From: Chlorokybus atmophyticus
Lineage: Eukaryota > Plantae > Mesostigma and Chlorokybus algae
Assembly: GCA_009103225.1 (NCBI GenBank)
Contig: RHPI01001037.1
Location: 1,092,916 to 1,156,915, forward strand
Reading direction: 5' to 3'
DNA length: 64,000 nt
Part shown: positions 15,114 through 27,909 of the stretch, one piece after another
Numbering within the stretch: position 1 is the stretch's first letter
Layout of the letters: the number at the start of each line of letters is the position of its first letter
The notes under the pieces: model-generated
Database searches by the model: none
Seen by the model: only the letters and a program-made list of their open reading frames with translations
What the model was told of the DNA's origin: nothing
Program-made: the position numbers and the translations under genes

Positions 15114-16435
15114 ATNTCAATTCCAACAGCATGCATACTTACCACAGTCTTACATTCAACGCCGCCAGGCTACATTGTATGCGCTACCTTAACTTCACTA
15201 CCCTAACATGCAACCCCCACAGTGGCAAGCATTGCCACTGTTCCTGCCCCACTCCGCGTGTACAAAAGTTGCAAGATAAGAGACAAATTGCACATGCTAG
15301 CGAACTCGCAGTCAGTGTACAAGAGATGGTATGCTACATCAATAGCATGCATGGTGTGTGACTGACCACATCGAACAACCCGTGTGGGAGTAACCGTACT
15401 GGTTGTCATTTTATTACAAGGTTCCACTAATGGTGAGCTCTGCAATTGTGTCATTGCGCGCGCGCCTTTTCAAGCGCGGACGGTAGTATGCATGCATACG
15501 GTATAGCAAAGGTAGTATGCATGCATGCATGCATGCAACCTCATGCTTTTGCGTGGGGCTGATTGATTACTTGTGTTCGCTGTTTCTAGATCGCCATACT
15601 AATTAATGTATTGTTAAATGCCAAGGGCGGGGCCAGCATTAGTGCACGTAGTGAACATTAGTGCACGGGATGAATGGGATTGCAACGAGCACGACGATTG
15701 AGTGTGGGGTCCGCAGCAGTCACAAGCCTTCAGTGCACTAGTAGGACAGTCTTGGTATGAGGTGCATTGCGCTGCATGCGATCCCAGACCTTTATGGTCC
15801 GATGAGTGGTAATCACTGACGCTTCTTCGCAGTCAATATGAAACCTGCGGCCTATGTGGTTTGGCAAGTGGTATCCACCACTCATGCCGGCATTGGCTTG
15901 CTGCTATGCCCTCTGCTACTTTTGCGGTCCGAAGGTGGTATCCACCTAGCATAGCTTCGCCTCCTACTCCACGAGCTCACCACCCACCAATCTCCTCTAC
16001 GGCAGTTCATGTATAGTGCACACTTGTTGTGCAAATTGTTGATTATGTGAATTCCCGCTCTTTGTCAGCTGCTGCATGGTGACGTGACTAACTGCTAACT
16101 GCTGCGCTTGCAAACTATCAGCTACTGCATGAGATGTGGATACTGGCATTCACGGACTAGAGCATGGACAAGAGTGAAGGTTGCACACACGCCCAGCAAG
16201 CGGCTCACGACAACAGGTAAGTGAGGGTAAGTAAGTGTGAGGAGCAGAGTCTTTGCCCGCATACATATCGTGTCTGTATACACTTTGGCTGTCCATCTGT
16301 CACTACCTGCACACTATGCAAATGACCATGCTTGGCGTGTACACCGCGTGCATGCCCTGCTATGCACTTGGCTGCTGTTTCGCAGTGCGCACTACAGAGA
16401 CACCCGTTGTGAGTGGGTGTGAGTGGGCGCGCAGG

Positions 16436-16468
16436 GTATAAGGGCGCTGACAGCCGCGCAAACCCTAG
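16436..16468 (+). promoter_or_regulatory. TATA-like box plus telo-box (AAACCCTA)
   Basis: gggTATAAggg at about 16434-16444, followed by AAACCCTAG at 16460-16468. Confidence 0.4.
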
Positions 16469-17767
16469 GGGGCATTAGCGGTTGCACAAGTCTTGGTCGT
16501 CGCAGGGGCGATGGCTAGCTAACTTCTCCCTCCTCCGCGATGCTCTGCAAGTGCCTCCTTTGCTGCTTGCCGCTACCCCTTCCCTCTACCCCCACCCTCC
16601 CCCAGTCTAAAGCTAGTGCACTTAGCTGAAGTGGTGGGGGCCCCCACCCTGTTGTTTTGCCCTTGCTTGTGCTGTGTTATCAAGCTTTGATGTGTTGTGT
16701 GCTTGTTGCCTTGACTAATTAGCCCGAGTTCATCTAATGTGTACTATGCATGCTATTGATTGATTGCGGTTATCGCTGACTGGCTCTCCCGGCAATATTT
16801 GGTCAGGCAGCGGTTAGACCAAGAATACAAGGCTGTCAGAATACATGCCTGCTAACGTCACACCCAGCACCTTGATGTTATATATTGAATAGTCAGCATC
16901 ATGGACGGCTCCCCTGCGACTCAAGTACGACCGCTATTTTTACTAGAGCGGCTCAGACAGACTCTGACCCTAGGTTGCTTGTAGGCTGCGTGTGTTGCGG
17001 TGCTGTTGGTGTAGGCATGGACACCATGTATGTGTTGTTGCTGTACTGGTTAATGTGAATAGTGTTTGATGAATTTAACTCCCCCCCCCCCCTTGCGCGC
17101 CTTTCGGAATTTTGTAGTATTTGGGCATGATTAAAGCCAACAATTTCCGCACGCATTGCTGACTACATCTACACATACTACCCAATTCCACAATATAGAA
17201 AAATATAGCAAGCCGCATAAAGCATATACACGAGGGCTACGTCCGCCTTCATGGTCGGGAGGCCACATGGCATTGGGCGCCAGCCCTAGCATCACCGCTA
17301 CTGCCGCTGCTCCATGCTCACCAACGCCTCACCCCATCCCTAATTGTATACATTGTACACGCTATGGGGCACAGGCCACACGCTGATGGTGTCGGACAGA
17401 TTCCTCCAAGCATCGCTGCTCCGCACCTCGCACCGCCACACTGTGCCGAGCAAACTGCATGTGTGCAATAGCACCTTCAGTGTTATGTACACAGGCGTAG
17501 CATTTCGTAATTGTGAATAGCACTACGCTGCTGTCATGGGGCAATTGCAGGCATTTGCGGCACTCAAGGCATTACTAGTATGCATGCCATTGCGCGGCTA
17601 TCAAGTCAAACACGCACATTTGTCAAACAAGCCAACAACTTCATCCCTGCGCAAGCTAGGCATGCGCTGAAAACAAGCACAAGGGGACAGCTCGATACCT
17701 ATTGATGCAAAGCACCTGTAGCACGGTGCTTATGCTGGGACAATTCAAAGGAAACAAAGCACTACGC

Positions 17768-20700
17768 CTAATCTGCTTTAACGGATGCGAAAATGCGCCA
17801 TACAAAGTAGAAGCTGGAGAGGAAGCCCACAGACCCAGCTGCAAGGAAGAGTGCCAAGACGATGATCACCATGTAACCCATGTACATGATGGCCTGAAAT
17901 CACAGACATCAACATCAGCTTGATTTTACTGTGTAAAGGCAAACTAGGCAAGCTAGCCTTTGCATGATGGCTTACAATGACAGGGACAGGTCCCATCAGA
18001 TTTTGCAGGTCGAAAAACAAGTAGCCGCCTGCGTAAAGCAGAGTGTACAAAGCCACACTGCCCGACGCCAGGAAAGAACGCCACCACCATCGGTAGTCCT
18101 CAGCACACAGCTGGACATACGTCAACACCACGGAGACCTACGCACCACAAAAGTAGGTCAGATGGGTGTATGTGGAGCAGCACACCTGAACATGCAACAA
18201 AACAACCCATCACCCAGTCCATACCTCTGCGCAGACCAGCACCAGCAGGAAGATCACAACCAGCAGGAACCCAAAGGCATAGTACACGCGGTGCAGCCAC
18301 AGGGATGACATGATGAAGTAGAGCTCGATGAACAGGGTGCCAAAAGGCAGCACGCCAGCTCCCAGCGTAAGCAACATAGGGTGCGCTGCCTGCAGAGAGG
18401 AAGGAACCAGTGTGCATGCTGCTTGCGATATCTGACCAACACAAGAGTAACCTTACCTGTGGAGGAATCTGGCGAGGGATCTGGTTTGTCCGAACTGGGT
18501 AGTCTGGGGTCACCTTGCGTGAAGCGGAGTAGCCACCAATGAGGGTCAACGGAACAGAGATCACAAACCAGAGAAGGAAGAGTCCGAAGAAGGCAAAGAA
18601 CGGCATGGCGCCAGAGGACCCAGTGAACTTGATGGCAATGTTGATGATTGCCAGTATCACGAAGGAGATGCCCGGCAGGAACGTTGCCACCTGGCCACGG
18701 CCACCATTGGTTCAGCATGCAACAAATAATGGCAAGCAGTAATTGCACTAACCACTGAGCACGTGACCTCACCTGCCATGCAACAGAGCGCCAGCTCTCA
18801 GGCTTGCCAGAGATGATGCTCCAAAGATACACTGCGCAATAACCAGCAAAGATGCCGAGCAGCAGGTACAGGACGACCACTGTCGTTAACAGATGGCCTC
18901 GTGCCGCAGGCGACATAAAACCAAGCGCTGCGAAGAAAATGGTCACCACTGCCATGCCCATGACCTGCAGGCCACTGCCAACAAAGTAGCACAGGCGTGC
19001 AGCTGATGGGGGCGCTCTAAAAACGTCTCCTGACACCAGCTTCCAACCACTGTCCTCCTTAATATCCTCTGACTTGTCCGTGACCAGCTCCTCATACTGG
19101 CTCAGGTCACGGCGCACAGTTCGCAGAAGGATGATGAGCACAACTCCTGCAGAAACCATCAACATTTGCACTTGCAGAGCAGCAAGGTTTGTGAGTAAAC
19201 ACAAAAGCTTGACCGACCAATGTGTCACACGCAGTACAGTGTCATGGCGTCCGCAATATACTTCGAAAGTGATGGTCTCAACTGACCTGACAGGAAGCAG
19301 ACCACCATGACCGAGTTCAAGATGGAGAACCAGTGTACTTGATCACCCTCCATCTTCAGGTAGGCATCCCAGCGGCTCACCCACTTGACATCACTCCTTT
19401 CCCACTTGATGTCATATGTATATGTGACCTCCTCATCTACAGCGACCTATCGGAGACCAGCATCAACCAAAATGTACATAGCAAAGGGTTGGGTCAGCTA
19501 ATCAGCACCAGCATTGCTGAGCCAAGTCCCATAGCACGAACAAGCACAGTCGTGCTGTGCTGTACATGCGATAAATGGCGGCTAGATGGTTTCACCAGCC
19601 AACTGAAGTTCTCATGCCCACAGCGTTACACATCCTGACCTGTCAGACAAAATGGCATCTCTGCGTGCACATTGACAACTCACTCGCTGTGCCGGCTTGT
19701 CACCACAGGAGAAGCGTTCAAGGTAACCAAGTGACTTGGTCTCAGAGGTGTCGCCCCAAGCTACACTGCAGTACTCCACTTCAAAACCCACCACCATGTA
19801 TGTCTTGTCGGGACGAGTAGGTGCAGCATCATATGGGAGCGTCACAGGGGTCTGTTCGTGTACCAGCACTGTGAAGCTGAGGTGATTGTGAAGCACGTAG
19901 TTGCCCTTGCTTGCAACAATGCCAAGAGGGAACCCCAGCAGCAATTCTCCTTTCGTCTTGTTAAGGTTATCTGGCAGGACAATGTCACGTCACGAGTACA
20001 AAAATGTTGCTTGCATGTGTTGACGCGACAGCATCCATGCCTCACCTGTAGTAATGGGCAAATTGTCCAAGATCATGTTGACCATATAGTTTTCACTGAT
20101 CTTAATCTGCAAGTCCTTCACGTCCTTCTGTGTCAGCTTGATGACGTCGCACAGCTTCACAGAAAACTCCTCCTGTGACCACCAGCGAAGCAGCGTGAAA
20201 TTGCAATATACATACCATGACATTGGCCCTCCTTGTATACAACTTATGAAAGCACTGCAATGTACTGAAATGTCAGTGTCGTCCTGAGCACCTGTAGCAT
20301 GCGAAACTGGTAGGGAGAGTTCTGAATGCGATCTCCCATGATCAGCTCGCCCAAGTTCTCAGCCATGTTCTTCACACCGCCAGGTGGCTTGCAGAATGGG
20401 AGAGTGTAGTAGCCAAAGGGCAGCTCCGTGTTTGTGGACGTCACAGAATTGACTTTGACTGCAACCGACCAACTTATGAACATGCGGCATGCACAGGAAA
20501 GTGGAATACATTCTAAAGAACAACCCTACATTGTGACAATCCAAGCAAGTCTCCGGCCAACTTGTAACTTGACTGCATGCGGATATTCTCTTGGACAAGC
20601 ACTCATCACCACTGCATGAACATTGAACTCCTACACCGTGACAAGCACATCTCCAGAACGTCGCACGATCAACTGAAATTTAGTCGCAGTGTAGCATGGA

Positions 20701-21188
20701 AGCATCACAGCAACTAAAAGTACTTCACGTTATGTAAGGCAGGGTGTTGCTAATTGGGTGGCTGCTGAAAGGAGTTCTTCGTACGCACTATGTTTTATAC
20801 CATCAATTCGTGCTTGGACAACTGCTGAGCAACAATCCGTGATAGCATACAGACAGCTACGGCATTGCAGCGACGCCGACAGCAAGCCCATAATGTCGTA
20901 TCATTGTGAAAAATACTTTTTTTTACCACTACTTCTCTCTCTTGTTGAGATGCCGCTCACAGCATCAGACAAAACAGGTGGCACCGCCATCAGCAGCCCA
21001 ATGAAGCTGTCGATGTTGTCAACCTAGCAGAACTGGCGCATGCTAGTTGCAAAAACACAATGCTCACCGGCAAGCGTGTCGTTGGCATAGTATTCATTGG
21101 GAAAGCTCCCAGGCAGATAGTAGCCAAAAGCCGGTGACGCCAGCAATGCCAGCAGCAGCACTACGGCACAACTTCTTGACAGTGCCAT
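17768..21188 (-). CDS. TMN11: Transmembrane 9 superfamily member (EMP70/TM9SF, plant TMN11/12-like), multi-exon
   Basis: Signal peptide MALSRSCAVVLLLALLASPAFG-YYLPGSFP; VKVNSVTSTNTELPFGYYTLPFC; NYMVNMILDNLP; SRWDAYLKM..VHWFSILNS; SGWKLVSGDVFRAP; EDYRWWWRSFLASGS; C-terminus IFASVKAD* (KxD/E Golgi-retention motif). Confidence 0.95.
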
Positions 21189-21785
21189 CCTGGCCGAGGC
21201 TGCGGCAGGGCCAACAGCCTATTCAGCAGCAGCAAACGCTCGCCCCTCTCTACACTATCATCAGCCAAAGCATAAAGTAAGCCTTGCAAGCACACCTCCC
21301 CTCCCACAGGCTGGCAGCCGCCCACCCAGCCGCCGCCGTCCCGTCGTGAGCCTCGAGCCAACCACCCAACAGCTGGCAGGGTGGGCGTTGTGAACTAACT
21401 GTGGCCAAGAGAGTTATCTGGGCATTCCTCAAAACCCGGGAACGCACCCCAACACGCAATCACGCAGTCCGCAATTCTGGCAGCTTCCAGCTCAGCTTGC
21501 TTTGGCAGCGGGGCAAGCCTTGTGCCCATTTTGCGCTTCGAAGAATTGCACAGGAATTCTTTATCCGTTATTGGGGTTTCTGCTTTTGTGACCGCGTCAG
21601 CAACCTCGTTGACGTGACATCAGTTTGTCCGTTACTGTTGAGCGGGAATGCGTCGCAAAACCAACGCGACCGCGGTTGATTTGCTGGGCAAAAGCCGGTT
21701 TGTGCTGACTGAGGTGACGCCTTGGTGAGGTTTGGGCTTCGGTTTTAGTTAACTACTAGGGTCAAGCCTCTACGCCTCATCCACA

Positions 21786-23075
21786 ATGGCCACCGCCGCC
21801 GCCGCTGCCGGGGTGAGGACGCCGTCGCTGTCGCTGCTGCGAGGCCTGAGGCCATGCAAAAGGCTAGATAGCGCTGAGAGGAAGCTTGCTGCTGGCGGAA
21901 AGCCCGCTCCGGGCGAGCGCCGGCAAGTGGCTGCGGTGCGGCGGCTCAGGGCCGTCGCCATGAGCGTCGCCGCCTCCTCAGGTGCATGCACAGCGGCTGC
22001 ATTGGGCCGGCTCCATTGGTCACATGACGCTGCATGCAAATGTCAAGCTGTTGCATGTCTGCCTGGCATGATGCGGCATAATACGGTCATCTTGTGTTGC
22101 CCGTTCGTTGCACTCTGCATGCATTGTCGCCCTTTGCTTTCATTTTTGGGCACTTGATCGTGTCAATGCGAATATAGTGACGACATGTGATTGGGTACTG
22201 CTGCTGGAGCTGCAGTGTAATGAAACATGTCGTCAACTATTTGTCAGCAAATGAATACCGTTACGCTGCTTAGCCCAATGCATTTTGCAGCACAGCGCGA
22301 AGTAGTGAGCACGGACAAAGCGCCAGCAGCACTTGGCCCTTACTCGCAGGCCATCAAGGCAAATGGCACTGTTTACGTGAGCGGGTGCTTGGGTCTGATC
22401 CCCGGGGTACGCCAAATTAACTCAAGGATTGCAACTCGTGTTGAGTGTTCAGTGACTCAGTGGTGCTGTTGCATGCTGTCATAGCACAGTGACATGCTGA
22501 GCATGCGTGCTTATTGTTGGTTAGCAAAAGTATACTGTGCATGTTGTGACATGGCAAAGGTAAGCGGAATTGTTGTTCTGTGACAGACCAAGAACTTTGC
22601 AGAGGGCGGTGTTGAGGGTGAGACAGAGCAGGTATACATGAACACATGCATGGTGGGGCGCTGTAGTGCTGCATGTCGCAGTATGACAGTGCAGTGGGGC
22701 TTTGCAGGTTATGAAGAACATGGGTGAGATCTTGAAAGCCAGTGGATCATCGTTTGGCCAAGTTGTCAAGACAACAATTTTGTAAGTGCCGTGCATGCTG
22801 GCTTCGTGTCTCTGAGTGTCCTGATCGTTGCTCCTGCTTGTGACAGGCTCGCAGATATTAATGACTTTGCCGCTGTCAATGCTGTCTACGGCAAATGTAA
22901 GTATCTATGCGCTGTGCGTGTCTGCAAGTCGTAGTTACTGGTGGCAGACATGTGTTTGTGTTCCCTGTTGTATCTTGCAGATTTCCCAACAGCACCTCCT
23001 GCAAGGTCAACCTTTCAAGTTGCTGCTCTGCCACTAGCTGCGAAAGTGGAAATCGAGTGCATCGCGTTGTGTTGA
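21786..23075 (+). CDS. RidA: Reactive intermediate/imine deaminase RidA (YjgF/YER057c/UK114) with a transit peptide; 6 exons
   Basis: VVSTDKAPAALGPYSQAIKANGTVYVSGCLGLIP|TKNFAEGGVEGETEQ|VMKNMGEILKASGSSFGQVVKTTIL|LADINDFAAVNAVYGKY|FPTAPPARSTFQVAALPLAAKVEIECIALC*. Confidence 0.95.
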
Positions 23076-24959
23076 AGCAGTGTGCGTTATACTCTTGCCC
23101 ACCTGGCTTAGTCTTTTGCAGTCGTGGTAACACTGGCCAGGAAGTTATGTCACAGACATGTCTTTCTGCAGGTAGCAATGATCCATCTTGATTACACCAA
23201 TTGCATCATTTTGCCATCGTTGCAAGCATGCATTGCCATGGCTAACTTGTACCCTGCGTGATCCCAAACGCATGCGTCATATAGTACTTTTCTACGCAGT
23301 TGATTGTACATGCAGTGCCAGCCAGGGAGTGCGGGGTTGCATCACTGCACGACGCATTGCCATCCGGCACGCATAGGGTATAGCAATAAACAATCGCGAG
23401 CATAGCATAGCAGCAAGCAAGCAGCAAGCAAGCAGCACATGTCGGACTCACTCGGCCCTCCTGCTGCAGGTCGGCCCCATCCCTGTTTGACCTTGCCTTT
23501 GCCGCCATGATATGAAATGAATATAGCCATTTTGACTTGCAAGCGATTCAACTCGCAACAACACAAACCCCAACGCCACCACAGTTGGCACTGCGCACTT
23601 CCGGTAGTTGCTGACGTGTGACGCCCGTGCTCCAGGTGGCCCGCCATGCAAGCTATCATTGCATCTGTTTGCACCTGCATCGCTGCTATTGTGCTTGGCA
23701 TGTGCACAAAAGGTGTTATGCCTCATGTGCGTGTGTAGTTCATGGCAAGGTACAACTGTTAGGGGCCTGGGCCAGCCCGTTGCTCTTGTTGTTATTGTTG
23801 TTAACCTTGCTCTCTTAACAAGTACCACCGCGTTTTGTGCCTTGGCTTGTGTGTTGCTGACTGCTTGCCATGCTGCTTGACTTGCAACACAGAGCATGTC
23901 TATTGCAAACTGTGCACACATGTGCCTTTTGTGCCCATATCAACCATTGATGGTGTCACGATATGCCAATCGCTCTGTACCACATGTGGCATACACAACA
24001 TCTCACATGTCACATACATTGTAAATGATTGTGTGGCTGTCTTGGTTGCTGTGCATTGTTGCTGTGCGTGCTATTGCACGCGCTTGTGGAAACGGTGACA
24101 GCACTAGGTAAATGACATGCTAGCTGAGCGCGTCTGTCTTGGGCATGCGCGGTGAGGCTATGTGTGTGTGATTGTAGACCGTAGACGCAGTGCTCTTGCG
24201 CTGTGCGTGCACGTGCATGCTTAAGTTGAGTGTAGAAAATATGCAATGCTGTGCATGTGACTGACCATTGCACGGCCCATGTGACATACGCAAGCACAAG
24301 CACAGTCCAACATGGCAGCAACTTGTTTCACCACCGGGCTGCCTATACAACCTAGGTGGCTAGCTTCGCTACTGCCCTTGCCCCGTTGTGCTCATGCGTG
24401 CGTGTACTTGTGCTGGAGTGCGGAATTGCATCAGCACTTGGACAGCCAATACATGTAGCACAATATACCAAGGGCTTGGGCCAGCACGCATCCCACACAT
24501 GGCATAGCATGACATCTATGCACTTCCCTGTGATTCTATATGTACGCATACCGCAGTCATAGCCACACACACAGTTTACACATGTAGCTTGCTCCCACGC
24601 ATCAACGCATACATTGCTGTTGACCACTCGATAAGTGACCAATCATTGTTGTATGTACAATCGCAGTTAGATGACTCAATCGTTGACCACGATAGAAGTA
24701 CTCTCTTTCTGTTACGATGCGCATGCAAGCGTTTACAAAAAAAGGACACACATTGCCTAGGCGACTAGCAACTATGGTAGCATTCACGTTATTGCACCCA
24801 ATCAAAGACAACAAAGATTGTCCAATACCGTGGTATTTCCACTAAGCCAGACAATTTCGTGCAACGGCACTACCTCACCGAGTGCAGGTACGGGACACAT
24901 GTATTCCACATGTGCCATGAGCTTGGGCTACTACGGGAAGACGTACACGCGTAGGGGCC

Positions 24960-27027
24960 TCATGACCTTCCGTGCTCAACGCTGCCTGCTGGAGGCTGGT
25001 GGAAATTTTGTGTCTTCTCATAAGCCTTAATTAAGCACTGCAGCTCTTCCAAGATGGTCATGTAACAAAACTTGTACTGCTCCTGCATCATGTTAGCATA
25101 GCTATATGAGTACCCAACCCATTCACCTGCACATGTACATGCAAGCACTTGAAGCACTTCACCTGGCAGGTGTGATTAGGCAGTTGTGACAATAAGAAGG
25201 CGTCACAAAGCGTACCTTTGTCTGAACAAGTCCCGCGCGCTGTCTCCTGAAAATTGAAAGGGTGTCTTGCAAGTGCACTCCAGTTGGATCCAGCTTCAGA
25301 ATCCGCCTGATAGCATCATCGATCACAACAAAAGTGCCTGTCCTCCCAATGCCCGCACTGCACGACACAAGCCTGTACTTAGGGCTGCTCCTGGCAAGTG
25401 TCAAACACAGCATCAATGTGCCTGGCAGCAATGCACACCTGCAATGGATCACAAACGGGCCTTCGGGTTTGCCCATCTGTCGTAAATGGTGTGCGAGTTT
25501 GCAAAGTGACCTTGAAGACTCCGGCACTCCATGGTCAGGCCACTCCGTATACTGGAAATGTAGAAGCTGCCTAACCTTTCCTGATGTCTGGGTTGTGAAG
25601 AGCATTGTGGTAAGCAAGCCGCATTGAAGCTTCGCCAAGTATTGAACAGCATGTTGTCTCACCTGCTGAGTGATTCTCAACCCTCTCTGCACGATGTACG
25701 GGAACAACTCAAAGCTACTCATGTTCTCAACCGCGTATCGACCATGGATCTGATTGTCCCCGCGCTCCTCAGGAAAATAGCTGCCAGACTTCACCTAGCA
25801 ACCCACTCAGTACCAAGAAAACAGCACAAGAAGCGCGCAAACCAAAACCGCTTGAGGGCCATAAACCGACAGCAGTCACCAATGAACGTACCCTAGCTCC
25901 TTCAACTAATCGCGTGAGCATCACAATCGCTGCGCAACGCTCCTGCCAAACCATCTCCCAAAAATCCCCCGTGGTGCTGTCCAAGGGGCCCTGAGTGGCT
26001 ATATACATGGGCAGCCCTTTGACAGACCGATCCTGTCAATGAGCAGGCAGTTAGCCAATTTGCGATGCACGCTTGGTCACAGAAGGTAAACAGCGCTCGC
26101 ACATTCCCCCCTTGCGTGAGCAAGCAGCAGCTCACTTGCAAGTAGCTGGCATTGATGTAATCCTCGCCTACTTGCTTGTGACGTAACCTCACCAAGGTTC
26201 TGTCAACTGCCATGCCACAAGTTTAATATCACTGCAGAAGTCGCAACTAACCAAACAAGGCATGGACAATGACTTACATGGTAACACATTGTTGTAGCGG
26301 TTCTTGTCTTTGTTGATTGGCCTCACTGCTTCCGCTGTGCCTCCTGCCCGCAGGTAGGTGTCGCGGCTCTCCGAGAACTGGCAGAGCTGATCAAACTCCT
26401 GATCAAACCCTCTTCTAGAAGCACTCAACGTTGCTATGTGAGATGACAAAAGCTGCGCAACAGTGCAACTGGTAAGCTTGGTTGCATGTGGTAGAATGAC
26501 CCCTTGAAGACAATGCCGCACAAGGGGTCCAAATACAATCACAACGCAAAAGCAGGAAGCAACTTGACACGCGCACACGCGCATGCACGCACATGTAGCC
26601 GACACACGCGTGCGCATACAAGTATGCAGCTGCACACACGTGAGCACACACGTACACCAAGTAGAATGTGTGCATTGCTGGTCACAATGAGCACAATTAC
26701 CTCTACCGCTTGCTGGCAGGCTTCCACTTGCTGCTCGTTAAGCAGACTACAAGAGGGAGTGTCCTGTCCAGCCATGTGCACTAGTAACTCCATTGAATGC
26801 CTGCTGCTCTGCCTCCGCTGCTTGTCCTGCTGCTTGTCCTGGTCCACGTTGTAGTCCATAGACTGGCGCCGCATCCTGCGCGAGGACTTCTGCAGCCACC
26901 TGACGGCCCTTTCCATGCGGCGGGGGAGACGTCCCAGCTCACGAACGCCCCTGGGCTTTTTAGCAAGCCCCTCCAGCCATGCCCCTGCAACTATTCCTGC
27001 ACCCACCGCCGCCGACAGCTGCCCCAT
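24960..27027 (-). CDS. PTP1: Classical protein tyrosine phosphatase (plant PTP1-like) with an N-terminal extension, multi-exon
   Basis: [38 protein letters not shown]...[22 protein letters not shown]|[24 protein letters not shown]. Confidence 0.95.
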
Positions 27028-27909
27028 GGCGCCAACTCCGCCCGCTCCTGCAATTGCGGCTGCCGCTGGATCATCTTAACCTCAGGCGCAGTAGGGGCCA
27101 GGGACCGACGAGCGCAATCTCCCGCCTAGATGAAGCTACACCAGCCCCAGAAACAACCTCCCCAAGCCCGTCACGTCAGCAGCCACCAATGCCGCCGCCG
27201 CCGCCGCCGACCTGCCCGCCACGTGGCTAGCGGCTAGTACTTCCACACGAATGCGACAGTGAGCAAGCAGCGTTCAAATGACACAAAACTGGGACAGACC
27301 TGCGAAACGGTACAGGGTTTTCGTCCCTTCTGCCGTCGAGGAAGAGAAATCCCCCTTAGACGTTTTCGTGTTTGAGGGGCGGCAGCAAGCAGAGAAACGT
27401 GGAAATCCACAGAGTACGGAACCCGCGCACGCAGAGAGCCCACACCCGCCAATCATCCTGTCCCTGGCTTCCGGGACAAGCTGTGCCACTGCTTCCGGCA
27501 GAACGCGACGCAGCGCACAACAACAGTCACGGTTTGTCTGATTGGCGGACTTTTCTGAGGCACAGAGTGTTTCAATGATAGTACAGTTTAAAACAAATCT
27601 CGATGTATGCCTTGTGCGCTTGTGCGCACAAGCGCATCAGCAGAGTCGCCAACAGTTAGCTGATTTGAGATCTGCGCCTTGGCGGTGGTGTGGGCGTCGG
27701 CATGCGCGTTGTGGTTGAGGGGAGGACCGGGCTTCAGGGAGGTGCATTGCGTTTGCCTTGTTCAAAGTCTACATCTCCGGTGGTGTGGCGACGGCGGGCG
27801 CCAGCTGTTGTCCGCAAGGTGCCTGCTGCAGCGCATTGCAGGCCCACCAACTGCTAGCATGCACTGCTTAGTTCTTGTTGTTGCGCAGGTGGGCGGTGGC
27901 GTTGTCGTC

